A stretch of DNA of 63,464 nt, filler included, from Reclinomonas americana ATCC 50394 (Eukaryota): assembly GCA_048213135.1 (NCBI GenBank). It is 8 parts of 3 records of this genome, joined end to end, with 100 filler letters (N's around TTAATTAATTAA, not from the genome) between each part and the next. Parts side by side here need not be neighbours in the genome. Positions count along the whole stretch, not along the records: positions 1 to 5,262 come from PS015281.1; positions 5,363 to 12,399 come from PS015281.1; positions 12,500 to 26,503 come from PS015281.1; 5 more parts are not named here. One strand, given 5' to 3'. The notes under the pieces are model-generated. The model was not told the DNA's origin and did no database searches. It was given only the letters and a program-made list of their open reading frames with translations. The translations under genes were made by a program, and so were the position numbers. How positions within the stretch are numbered: the first letter of the stretch is position 1; each line of letters opens with the position of its first letter. Below are positions 1 to 19,196 of this stretch, piece by piece.

Positions 1-107
1 CATTCTCTCTCTGCCTCTCTTTGCCTCTCTCTCACGCACATACTCATTCCCTGATCGCCCTTCCCCTTCCGCCTCCCCCCTTTGCCTCTTACCCCTTCCC
101 TCCACAG

Positions 108-490
108 TCTCCGTGTACACGGCCGCCGCGCGCCCCAACTCCGTCGCCTCTCTGGTGGGCTCCCCGCCAACCCCCGACGCCAATCTTCTGCGAAGAGTAT
201 CGGCGAGATTAGCCACGTCGCGTCCGTCCAGTCGCGGCATCACCAGTCGCGGCCTGATGAGTGCCGGCGGCCAGGGGCCCGACTCGCCGTTGAGTTCGGT
301 GGTCGGCGGTGTCGATGAACCGGTATCCGGTCGTCCTATGGTATGTATGTGTGCATCAACTCATCGCCTGCGTCACTGTGTCGCTCACCTGTGTCGCAGA
401 CGTTGGACGAACTGGCGTCGCCACACGGCAACGCCAAGTCGGCAAGGAAGATCCGCTTCACTGGCGGCGAAGAGAGCGGAGGCACGTAGC
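108..490 (+). CDS. 3' end of an unknown Ser/Pro-rich protein (two exons, 5' part outside window)
   Basis: Polypyrimidine tract + CAG at ~107, open frame to ...GRPM|gtatgt intron to cgcag|TLDELASPHGNAKSARKIRFTGGEESGGT-TAG at 490; no recognisable domain. Confidence 0.45.
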
Positions 491-504
491 TCTCTCTTGT
501 ACAT

Positions 505-830
505 GTATGTGTGTGTACAGCAGAGTTGTTTTGCTTGTGGGTGTAACAAAAAATGGAGAATACAAATGTTATTTTGTACCTTGCGTCGCATGCCGAGAAT
601 TAGCAGAATGGAGTGTCGAAAAAGGGCGCGTTTCTGCCCCCACCTTTCCCGTCGCCTTGCGTGTGTACAGCAGAGTTATTTTGCTTGTGGGTATTGAGGA
701 AAAGGGCATGTCGGCTGGAAGGCACAATGGAGTGTCGAGAGCGGGACGTACGCGTTACTCAGTACAGTAGCCCCCTCCTTTCCCTTCCCCTAGCGTGTGT
801 GTACAGCAGAGTTGTTTTGCTCCACCATCC
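505..830. repeat. Three ~150-bp degenerate tandem units between convergent gene ends
   Basis: GTGTGTACAGCAGAGTT(G/A)TTTTGCT recurs at ~511, 661, 797; AATGGAGTGTCGA recurs at ~607 and ~726. Confidence 0.8.
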
Positions 831-894
831 TCTTCAGCATCATGTATATGCTGTGCAGTCGAGGGGTGATTTTGTGCAAGTCCAAGAATGCCCA

Positions 895-1275
895 TCACGC
901 GGCACCGACTGCCGTCGAGTTGCAGTCGACCACCGTGGGCAGGCATAAGCTGCTGGACGAGGAGCCGGACGGTGCGTCGTCAGGGTACCTATTGCTTGTG
1001 CGTATTGAGTTATTTGAACCTTGCGTCGTCGCACGCCGACACTGTATTAGAAAAAGAATCGGCTGGAACACACACGCACGCCCCCCGAGCGAGAGTTAAA
1101 GAAAGAGTGCCGAGAGCGTTACTCGGTGTAGTAGCCCGTGACCTCCTTGCCCTTCTCCTTGCGAATGGCGCTGAGGAGAAGCACGAGGGCGACAGTCGAC
1201 AGTGTCGCACCACCGACAATGGTCTGCCAGTGGAAGTACAGATACACCGACGCGCCGCCGTACAGGAACCCGCGC
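895..1275 (-). CDS. 3' end of an unknown membrane protein (5' part lost in N gap)
   Basis: Frame RGFLYGGASVYLYFHWQTIVGGATLSTVALVLLLSAIRKEKGKEVTGYYTE with a hydrophobic helix; probable gtaacg..aatag intron into YPDDAPSGSS...AVGAA-stop. Confidence 0.4.
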
Positions 1276-1377
1276 ANNNNNNNNNNNNNNNNNNNNNNNN
1301 NNNNNNNNNNNNNNNNNNNNNNNNNNNNNNNNNNNNNNNNNNNNNNNNNNNNNNNNNNNNNNNNNNNNNNNNNNNNN

Positions 1378-2220
1378 AGAGAGAGAGAGATCTGCATTAG
1401 GTGACATATATCGCTTACTGCATCTGTGTGTGTGTGTGTGTGTGTGTCGTTACCTCTCTCCTGTCCGCTCTCTAACTGCATCTTGACGAGTCTCCAATGC
1501 AAGCTGAGAGAGAAAGAGAGAGAGAGAGAGAGAAGAGAATGAGATGCATTAGGTGACGCCTACTGACGCCTAAGTCGTCACCTATCTCTCTTGCCCTCTT
1601 GTCTCTCTCTGTGTTTGCTTCTTTCCTGCCCGCTCTCTAACTGCATCCTTTTCTTTATTTCAATGCAAGCTGGGAGAGAGAGAGAGAGAGAGAGAGAGAT
1701 GAGGAGAATGAGATGCATTAGGTGACGCCTGCAGTCGCCTAAGTCGTCGCCTAGATCGTCTCTTGCTTCTCTCCTGCCCTCTTATCTCTCTCTGCCTTCT
1801 TGCCTCTCTCCTGCCTGCTCCTCTCATTGCATCCTTTCCTTTATTTCAATGCAAGCAAGCTGGGAGAGAGAAAGAGAGATGAGGAGAATGAGATGCATTA
1901 GGTGACGCTTACTGACTATATCGTCTCTTGCTTCTCTCTTGCCCTCTTGTCTCTGTCTGTGTCCTTGCCTCTCTGCTGCCCGCTCCTCGAACTGCATCTT
2001 GCCTTGCCTCCAATGCAAGCTGAGAGAGAGAGAGGAGGTAAGAGAAGAGCGACACCTGCAGTCGCCTTAGTCGTCGCCTAGATCGTTCTCTCCTGCTTCT
2101 CTCTTGCCCTCTTGTCTTTCTCTGCCTTCTTGCCTCTCTCCTGCCCGCTCCTCTCATTGCATCTTTCCTTGACTCCAGTGCAATCTGCGAGAGAGAGAGA
2201 GGAGATAAGAGAAGAGTGAC
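1378..2220. repeat. ~170-bp minisatellite (5-6 units) with embedded (AG)n
   Basis: GATGCATTAGGTGACGC...CAATGCAAGCTG(AG)n recurs at ~1390, 1543, 1712, 1892, with partial units at ~2050 and ~2215. Confidence 0.9.
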
Positions 2221-2413
2221 ACCCTACTCCTTTCCTGCCCGCCTGCAACTCTTTTTCTCCCTCTCTTTCATCATCCTGCTCACCTGCAGCTCTTCTATCT
2301 TTGCTTCTCACTTTCATCTCTTTCTATCGCTTCCTGCTTCCTGTTACCGCATCTCTTCGTCTCACTGTTCCCTCCCTCTCCCCCTCCCTCCCTTCTTTCT
2401 CTTTGCCCACGCA

Positions 2414-4387
2414 GCTCTGCATCAACCTACAACCATTGCGCTCACAAGTGCGCCACCGCAACGCACTCGTACGCCGCGTGGAAACCGTCATGCGCATGTC
2501 GTTTCCACGCAATCAGTACGAGTTATGCAAGCAAGCTCACTCTTGCCCCCCGCTGCTTCCCCCTCCTCATCGTGTGCTTGTTGGTGAGTGCAGTGTGTCG
2601 GTCAAGGTGTTTGGTTCGGCGGCGTCGGGGCTGTGGTTGCGCGACGCCAGTGATGTCGATGCGTGTGTCGTGGTGGAGCCGGTCAGTGAGAGTGTGAAGC
2701 CGTTGTCACCGCGATCGGTGTTGCGCGTGGCGGCGGCGTCGTTGCGGAGGAGTCTGATGGAGAGTGGAGGTGGGGAAAGGGGCAAGGGGGAAAGTGAGGA
2801 GGAATGAGTTGTCTCATTTGCTGTGTATTCATGTCTGCAAGTGACTGTCTGCTTGGCATGTTTGCATCTGTGTCTGACAGTGTCTGCATCTCTGCCTTCC
2901 TCTGTCTTCGTCTGCATCTGTTCTTGTCAATGTCACATGACGGTCAGCTTGTCTGCGTGAATGTTTGCTTGCCGCATGTCTGCATCTCTGCGTGCCTCCG
3001 TCTGCATCTATGGCTGCCTGTGATGCGTGTTGGTTGGCGTGCCCCTCTCTGCAGTGTCTGCTTGTCTGCATGAATATCTGCGCGCCCACATCTTTGCCTG
3101 TCCGTGTCTGTGTGCAAACATGGCTTTCCTTATTGAATTCCTCTGTTTCTGCACGTTTGCATCTTTGCCCGTCTGCACTGTTTGCATGTCTCCCTGTCTC
3201 TCTGTAGCTGTCTCTCTCTCTCTCTCTTCTCTCTTCTCTCTCTCTCTCTCCATCGCTCACCATGTTCGCCTGGCAGAGCGGTTTCGTGGCATGCAAATGG
3301 TCCTGCGAGCGCGAGTGCCCATTATCAAGTTTGCTCACCCCGAAAGGTGCCTTTCCATGTCTGTTGCTTTCCTGGCTGTGTCATTGCAGCGCCTGACCTT
3401 TTTCATGCAGTGGTCTCACGTGCGATCTGTGTGCGAATAATCAACTTGCTGAGGTGTGCGACTTGGGGTTTCAGGAAGAAACAAAACACTGATTCACCTT
3501 TGCTTGGTATCGCAGCACAATACGCGACTAGTAGCCGCCTACCTGGGAATCGACGTGCGCGCAAAACAACTGGCCACAGTGGTTCGTGTCTCCTCTTGCA
3601 GACTGTGCTGAAGATTCATCAATTCACCCTCGCACACGTGCAGGTGAAGCACTGGGCCCGACAGCGTGGCATCAACAAACCCTCCGAAGGCAGCCTATCG
3701 TCCTGTGCGTCTCTCGCCACCCTGTCACCATCCCCTGCTCCTCCTGCTCACGTGCCGCACCCGCAGATGCACTGGTACTAATGGTAATCAATTTTCTGCA
3801 ACTACGACCGCATGCGCCCGTGCTGCCGTGCTTGCAGCAAGTGCCGCGCGCCCTCTGGAAGCAGGTACCTCGTGTCTACGTCGACGGCTGGGATTGCACA
3901 TTCATGCACGAGAAGCGACACTGGCGTCGGCTACTGCCGGCCACGCCCAACAACGAGGATGTGGGCGCCTTGCTGATTGAATTCTTTCGCTTCTACGGCA
4001 CTCAAGTCGACGTGCCACGACACGTGATGAGTGTGCGCACCGGCCGCGCGCTGAACGTGGCAGCCGCCAAACCAGAGTGGGTCGGAGACGGCCGCTTCAA
4101 AGTCGAAGACGTTGCGTCCCCTCTCCTCCTTCTCACCAGCACTCACTCACGCACTCACTTCCCCTCGTGCGCAGCCATTCGAGTTGGAACACAATGTGGC
4201 GCGAACAGCGCCAGTGCACAACATTCCTCTGTTGCTCGGCGAATTTGTGCGTGCGTGGAAGGTGCTGGTGGAGACCGGCAGTGTGGACGAGTTGTGCAGA
4301 CCAGCGACCACGGAAGTGCGGGAAATGATGGCGTTGGACCGAATGACAGAGCTCGCAGAGAATCATAGAGACGCCGGCGAATCATGA
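2414..4387 (+). CDS. Cid1/GLD-2-family terminal nucleotidyltransferase, probably a TUTase (5' partial, ~7 introns)
   Basis: Spliced motifs VKVFGSAASGL..SDVD, ARVPIIKF, CDLCANNQLAEHNTRL, VKHWARQRGINKPSEGSLSSYAL, GALLIEFFRFYG, VEDPFELEHNVAR; the His in EHNV matches the UTP-selecting His of Cid1. Confidence 0.88.
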
Positions 4388-4459
4388 AACAACTATAACA
4401 ATGCGGCTTGATGACTGTACATTTTTCTCTCTCTCTTAAACAACAGATAACAGTGCTCG

Positions 4460-6469
4460 TCATGACGCTTGTCTGGCCCCGCTGCCGGCGGCCGCGGCAG
4501 GAGCAGGCACATCCTCGTCCACGAATACGGACGACACAGCCGACGCCGTGTCCGACTCGCCGACCATGATGGCCAGCTCGGAGTCGAATCTCCGCTTCGC
4601 CTGCGCCCACCGTGCGGCGAGGTCGTCGTTCATGGCGCCCGGCAGACCGCCGAGCATCTGGAACAGAAACATGATAATGATCTTCAGGTCGGTCTTGCTG
4701 GCCGTCGAGAAGGCGCTGAGTAGTGGCTCGAGAATGGCGCTGCTCAGCCACTGCTCCCCGCCCTCTTCACCGCCCTCACCACCCTGCCTGGACCGGCGCA
4801 TAAACTCCTTGCAAATGAGCTCCACATTGTCGGGCACCGCCAACAAGCTGGCCAGCAACTGTGCGCCGAGATCCACCACCGCCATGTCGGTGGCCACGAG
4901 GGTACGTGGAATGCACTGCAGTATTGTCGGTTCGGTGCGGACCAGCACCACCCGAATAGCGTCGTTGGCCGACGTCACCAGCGTATGCAACGTCACCAGT
5001 GCGCGGTAGCACAGGGCGCGATTGCGTGGCTGCAGCACTCGCTGGGCCAGGAAGGAGACCACGTTGGGGGCGCCCAGCATGCAGGCGTGGTTCATAGGGG
5101 AGACCACCAGGTCCAGGAACATTTGGAGCACGGTTTCCTGCAGGGGGGAAAGGGGAAGGGGGAAGGGGGAAAGGAGGGAGATGAGAGAGAGAGAGAGAAA
5201 AAAAGACAGCTACACAAGGCATGAGAAAGGAAGAGGATGAAACAAGAATGCGAGAGATCCAANNNNNNNNNNNNNNNNNNNNNNNNNNNNNNNNNNNNNN
5301 NNNNNNTTAATTAATTAANNNNNNNNNNNNNNNNNNNNNNNNNNNNNNNNNNNNNNNNNNNNGAGGTAGAATGACGACGCGGAGAGAGAGAAAAGTGACA
5401 GGGAGCGAGAGCGAAGTTCAAGACGAACACTGTCCACGCACACGGAGAATGTGCCACTGAACACAAAACCACCGTGTCAACTCACCTCAAAATCATCGCG
5501 CAACGCGGCCACATGCACCAACCCCTCCAACAATCTCGGTTCGTCGCCCACCAACGAGTCCACCACCGGATCCTCCAGCAGCACGTTGCTCAGCGTGCGC
5601 AGAGTGAACGAATGCACTCGCAGCATGGTCTCTGACTCATCGCGACCACTCCACAGCAGTGCCGAGATGCAAGGAAGCAGGGTTGAGTCGGTGGCGAGCG
5701 AGCGACGTAATGCTGGTGGTAGAAGGAGAAGGGAGGGTGAGGGGAAGGGGGCGAAGTGAAGGAAACGTGAGGGAAGGGAAGGAAAGCAAGAAGAGAAGAG
5801 AATGATGTTGTGAGGGTGGGTGACAAAGTGGAAGAGTGGCAGAGAGTGAGGGAGGGAGTGAGAGAGAGGGATGGCAAGGAGATGGGAGAAAAGGGATAAG
5901 GGAAGAGACTGAGTCAGTGCATGGAGTGAGTGAGGGAGTAACTGAGTGAATGAATGAATGAGTGAGTAAGGGAGTGGATGAGAGGGTGAGCGAGTGAGTG
6001 AGTGAGGAGTGAGTGAGTGCATGATTGAGAGAGTGAGAGTGATAGACTGACAGAGTGATAGACAGAGACAGATGATAATAGACGTGAGTCGCGACTGAGT
6101 GAGTGAAGTACACAGTATGAGAGAGTGCGTGAGGGTGCTTAAGTGAGTGAGAGAGTGACAGAGGCCAGCAACTCACCTCGTTTCTCGGGCCCACTCGTCA
6201 ACTCATACAGCCCGCGCGCACAATGCAGTTTCCCATTGATATCCCCACTACGCAAGCATGCCTCCAGCTTACGAACTCGACCTACGCGCACACAGTGAGT
6301 GAGACACAGAGAGAGAGAGACACAAAGAGACTGTGAGAGAGAGTCGGTAAAACACTAAACTGAATTCATCGCCCGCCTCTGTGTTCACTGCGCGAGTGCC
6401 TGCTCCATGCCGACGGTCTTCAGTGCCAGGAACAGCTCGCCGTGAGACAAACGCACGGGAGCTATCCAT
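4460..6469 (-). CDS. Armadillo/HEAT-like helical repeat protein
   Basis: Spliced exons MDSSRAF...DEFS|RVRKLEACLRSGDINGKLHCARGLYELT, LLPCISALLWSG..HSFTLRTLSNVL, CYRALVTLHTLV; Leu-rich amphipathic helices; crosses a contig linker. Confidence 0.55.
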
Positions 6470-6590
6470 TCTCCGCTCACACACACGCAAACAAAGAAAG
6501 AGACGAAAGAAACACGAAAGTCCTGCGCGTGTCCCGAGTCTTGCTCCTCTCTACTCCATCGCCTGTGCGCTCAGTGTGTGTCTCACTGCG

Positions 6591-13667
<7,077 letters not shown>

Positions 13668-13894
13668 TGTGTAAAACATTGAAAAGAAACTTACACTCTT
13701 CCGTCAACAAACATACAGCAAATATTCTTTTGTGGTGATAGCAGTGGTGTTGGTGGTGGTGGTGGTGATGGTGGTGCTCATTGGCGGTCACTCGCCGCAC
13801 ACACACACGCACGCACACGCCCACACACTCGTAACCTCTCTCATTTTTTCTCATATACAAAAACTCGGTCCTCCTCTTCCCGTGCTCCGTCCCG

Positions 13895-16800
13895 TCACAG
13901 GCCACTGCTTCCGTTCCGCACACCGGCTGGTGAGCGTGCATAAACCGGCACTTCGCCAACCGAATGCAGGCTGCCCATCGAGCCCACTGAGGCATTGCTG
14001 GTCGTTCGACGATGCAGCGCCGGTGGCGGGTGATGGCCGTTCGCCGACGGAGCATCGGCGCCGCCGGCCGATGCTGACGACGAGTCCAGCTCGGTGTCAG
14101 TGGAGCGCATGGCCGACACGGATGCGTTGACGAGCTTTTGCAGAGCGGCAGCATCGCGCAGCAACGTGCGAGCCTCCGGCGCGGCCATGGTGTTTAGCGA
14201 TGAACACAACCCGTCCACCATGGCCTTGATCTTGCTCTCGAGAATCACTCGTAGCGCTTGCCGTTCCTGTTGATATGAAAATGAGAGGATGATTCAGAGG
14301 CCGCACTGCACCTTGAACGTGATGACAAACCTTTGAGTTCATCGTGCACTGCTGCTTCAGCGACAGCAACTCGTTCAGCTGGTTCTGCCGCTCGGTTCGC
14401 CAAAACTCCTCCTCCATCTTCTTCTCGCGCTCCAAGTGTGCCAGTCGCTCCTCGTACACAGCCACCACCTCCTGCGAGTTGGCCGCGGCACCACTGCCGC
14501 CACCAGTCGCTTGCTGAGCAGCGGCGAGTGCCTGTCGCAGCCGTTGGTTCTCCTCATTGAGGTCCTTGATGCTGCGATTCTTCTCCTCGATGCGGGCGGC
14601 GACCTCCTCGCGGAACTGGGCGTGCTGCTGATTCAGTGACTTGACGCGGTCCTCCACGGCGCGCACACGCTCATCCTTCGCAGGGTCGGCAGACGAGCCG
14701 GAAGCGGAGTATGAACCACGGCTGCGCAGCTGGTAAATCTCCTGCTGAGCGGCGCGCAACAAGCTCTCCTTCTCCTCCAGCGCGCGCTGCAGTCTGGCAG
14801 CATCGCCACTGGCACTGGATGAGCCGCCGTCACGCAGACCCGCCAGCGCCGCCGAAGGCTCGGGAGTTGGCAGGTGGCCACCGCTGGCCTTCCACTCCTC
14901 GATCTGCGGGGTGAGAGAGGGAGGGAGGAGTCATGAGCTCGGTCGAATACGGGGAAGGATGTAAGTGTGACGAGAACAGACCTCGCGTCTGTACGAGTCG
15001 ATGCGCTCCTCGATTTCCGACTGCACCATCTTCTCCAGGCGCTCACGCAGCAAGTACTCCAACGACACCTTCTCCGCCTGTGATCAATCAAGTCGGTGAG
15101 ACACAGCACACTGTTACAGCCCTGAAGCTCGTCGATTACTCACCCGTACTTCCTCGAGTTCGCGTACCAACTCCATTTGCTCCAGCTGCTTGGCATCCAG
15201 CGCACGTTGCAAGTCCTGCACACTCGCACTGTGAGCAATCATGCAACTCCTCTCCAAGCATCTTCTTCTGTTCTCCCTCTCTCACCATGTCGGCGCGCAC
15301 AGACGGCGTCATCGGTCGCAGGCCCTCCACATCCGAGTCGTAAACTATTGGTGTCGCACGGCGATCGAGACCCTGCTCCCGTTCCACCATTCGGCGCACA
15401 TGATCACTCTGCTGGAACGATGTCCATGGCCGCTGTTGCTCCTCCATTGCCAGACCAAGCGCCTCCTCCAGCTGCTCAATGAAAAAAAGGGTTGCGGTCA
15501 GCAATCGAACGCGCGACAAAAGTCACTGGAATTACAATCAATCACCTGTGGGTGCTTGACGGGACTTTGTGCGTGATACTCCATGGCCACCCTTTGCAGA
15601 TGAATCAGTGTTGCTGTCTTGGCATCCAGTGCATCCTCCATGGACCGCTGCTGCCGATCGTACGCCTCCAGTTCTTCTTGTAGTGCCAAAATCTGCGCAA
15701 CAGCACATGAGCAACTCACTCTCCGCCCTCCATTGCGTATGCACTGCACCACTCACCGACTCATCACGCTCATTCAACCGTGCCGTCAGTGCAATCATAA
15801 TGTCACGCTGCTTCAACAGCAGTTGCTTGTAGCGATCGACCTGCTGCTTGTCCTCCTCAATGGTTTGCCGTTCACGCTCCAGCTCCGCCATGCGATCCTC
15901 GTAGGCCTGGTGTACACGCTGGTACTCCTGCTGCAGGGCGTTGCGGAACTGCGGCGTGTCCTCAATGTTGACACCGCCGACCAGCAGCTGACCCTCCAGC
16001 GACGCGATGCGCATTTCCAGCTTGCGCTTCTCCTCCTTTTCGCGCATAAACTCGCGCGACCGCTGCTCCAGTGCGGTTATTGCGGCCAGCTTGTCCTCCT
16101 CTGCTCGCCGACGCTCCTCCTCCAACTCCAGCATCCGTCGCTTGTCGACGACCTCCTTGGAGCGCACCGCCAGCTCCGCGCGCAGCTTTTTCAGCTCACG
16201 CTCGTACTTGCGCAGCAGGGCCTGTGCCGAAGGCAGACAGGTGAGAAAAGAGGACCGTCAAAGTGACAGCGCTTTCTTTGTGTACGCACCCTCTGATCGA
16301 GATCCTCATTGATCTTGGCCTCGTTCTTGATGTTCTTGGCTCGATTGGCGAACTTGAGCGTGGAGAGCGACTCGTGGAAGGCCTCCAGCGCCGGCGAAAT
16401 CATGGCCATCATGGTGGTCTTGCAGTTGCCGCCCAACGAGTCGGCCAAGATGCGTGTCAACTTGGCATCACGATACGGAATGTGCACGCGGCCTCGCGAG
16501 TCTGTCAGCGCCGCAATCACATTGCCCAGCGCCGACAGCGACTGGTTGATCTTCTTGCTCTCCTCGAGACGCACACCCGTGGCGCCAGTGTAGCGCACAC
16601 GCTCCGAGCCGGCAAGATCGACCAGGTTGAGCTTGCCGATCTTGAAACGCTGGCGCTGTCCGGTGGGTGGCCGCGGTGCCGATGCACTCGACGTCGACGC
16701 GCCATCGTCGTCCTGCGACTCGTCCATGGGCGGTTGCGCCTCACCCGGGGCGGCTGGGCAAAGAAGCAGCCAAGTGAGTTTGGAGAAGGAGAAGAGGGAG

Positions 16801-19120
16801 GGGGAATAGAAGAGAGAGGGTACGCACCATCCACCATCTCACTCTGCTCCACGATAATGATGAAAATGGCGTGGCTGCGCGACGAAATCTCGTTCATCTT
16901 GGTGGCGCCAGTGGCGCGCACACTCGCGCCGCGCTCCATGAGGGTATAGATTTCGCTGCTGCTGCGCACGACCCACTGCACGCCACCATTTCGTCAAATC
17001 AAGGTCGGCGCGGGGTGGGGAAGAGGTGAAAGGCAACGCACCTCAGAAAGATCCTCGACAAACACGCCCTTCTTCTTGTCTTCGCGGATTTGCAGGTTCT
17101 TGCGCTCCGGCTTCAGCAAATCGCTGATGCTCTCGTTGTAGATTTGCAGGTACGAGGCGCGCACAAGGAACTTGTTTTTGGAGTTGGTGCAGTGTTGAAT
17201 GTCTGTGCAGGGCGATGGTGTGGGTACGTGACGGAGAGAGAAGAAGGGGGCAGGCGACGACGCAACAGCTGAAAATGTCCTCGGTGGCGTGCGGAATGAT
17301 ACCGCGCTGCTCTCGTGGAATGCGCTCCGACGCCGAAAAACTGCGCATAAAAAGAGAGAATGAGTGGTCTGGGTGTCGTGCATCTGTCGTCGTCGCCGGC
17401 ATACGCACCCCTCCATTGTGTACGTCTTGCCGGTACCCGTCTGTCCGTACGCAATAATGGTGGCGTTGTAGCCCTGCAGTGTCGACACGACCACCGGCTT
17501 GGCGGTGTTCTCGTACACGGTCTGTGTCGAAGAGAAGGGTGAAGGATGAGCAAGAAAAGAAAGTGATTCATCTTTCTCCCTGCCCGACGCACCTCCTGCC
17601 GCGAATCCTGATCGTACACATGATCAAACGTGAACGAGTGCGTGTTGTAGAGCCCTTCGTAGCCCGCATCCGAGACCCCCGGATCGAGCGCCGCCGGATT
17701 CTCCGTAATGGTGATTGCACGGCACACGCCATCGTCACCCGCTTGCTCGCATCGCGTCACGCACACGAAGGGTTTCGGTCCGTTCAGCTCGCGCTCCAGT
17801 GGGGGGCGCACGCGGACCACCACCTGTTCGGAGGAAAAGGGGAGGAAGGGGAAACGAAGGGGGAAAGGGGAGTGAGCGACGGACTTGCACGGTTGGATGG
17901 CTTCCCAAGAGAGAGAGAGAGAGAGAGACAGGTGTTGACTCCTGCCTCTGTAGAGCTTGATATAAGACAGGCTATCTCGTGTTGCTCTCGAAACAACGTG
18001 CAAACAGACAGTCAGAGAGGGCGAATGAGAGACAGTGAGAGGCAGAAATAGAGGTGTCTGACTCCTCGCGTTCCCTGCCTCTGCAGCGGATCTTGCTGAT
18101 CGACTGCCTCCCACATCTGAACAGGCTGCTGAAGGACTCACTCGCTCTTCCCTGTTTCTTGCCAGCCCCTCGTGGATCGCTCACACATTGCAGCTCGCAG
18201 TCAGAGAACCGGAGTGCCACAGAGAGAGGAGAGAGGAAAGAGAGAGAGTGAGAGAGAGAGAGAGGCAGAAATAGAGATGTCTTTGTAGCGGATCTTGATA
18301 ATCGACTGCCTGTCCATGTGTCTCACGCTGTTGAACAGGCTGCTGATGGACCCAAACTCTCACTCTTCAATGCCTCTTGCCAGCAACTTGTGGATCTCTC
18401 ACACAGCAGCTCAAGTCAGAGAACAGGAGTGCCACAGAGAGAGAGAGAGGAGGGAGAGAGAGAGAGAGATGCAGAGAGGCCTTGACTCCACGCATTCTCT
18501 GCCTTGAAGAGGAGCTTGCTGGCCGAGTGTGTTGAGAAGGCCTCTCACAGAAGCTCAACAGACAACACCCCTCCCTCTCTCACACACATACACTCTCTCA
18601 CTGTAGACACACACACACCTTGAAGTTATCATTCTCATCTCCGCCCTCCGACGGCTGCTTGGGCGTCTGCACGAGGTGCGCCAGAGACTCCCGTCGCATG
18701 CGAGTCTCATGATCAATCAACTCCACTGTAAATCACACACACCATCATGAGAGACAAAGACACAGAGAGAGAGCACAAGAGAGAGACAGTGTGAGAGTGT
18801 GTGTGTGTATAAAAAGACAGAGAGTGAGAGGAGAGGTCCCGAGTGCGACATGGCCCGATCACAAAAGGCGAAGAGTGAAACGAAGAGTGGCGGTTGTCCA
18901 TGAACACGCGCGCGCGCATTACCTGTCTCTCACACACAGACACACACTCGCTCACACACGCACAGAGAGAGAAGCAGACAGCCTGAGAGAAACAACAAGA
19001 CAACTCCACGCATGATACCAAACATACCACAACACAGACACAGACATAGACGGGCAACACACACACGCACAAACACACAGACACAGAGAGAGAGCAGAGA
19101 GACATACCCCCGACTTCCAT
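13895..19120 (-). CDS. N-terminal motor kinesin with long coiled-coil tail (~14 introns)
   Basis: [30 protein letters not shown] (P-loop), [56 protein letters not shown]; first exon (ATG 19120) is inferred. Confidence 0.93.
17905..18500. repeat. Degenerate ~220-bp tandem repeat in a kinesin intron
   Basis: GGCAGAAATAGAG, GCGGATCTTG..ATCGACTGCCT, GAACAGGCTGCTGA and GGAGTGCCACAGAGAGA each recur about 220 bp apart. Confidence 0.8.
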
Positions 19121-19196
19121 TGCGTCCGGGTTGTTGCAACGGTGCACACGGACAGAGCTCGCGCTTGCAATTGTACCACTCGCAACTCTTCAACCA

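Noticed and set aside
1378-2220. Repeat-spacer-like pattern resembling a CRISPR array
   Set aside because: The inter-repeat sequences are themselves homologous, the context is eukaryotic and there are no cas genes; it is a minisatellite
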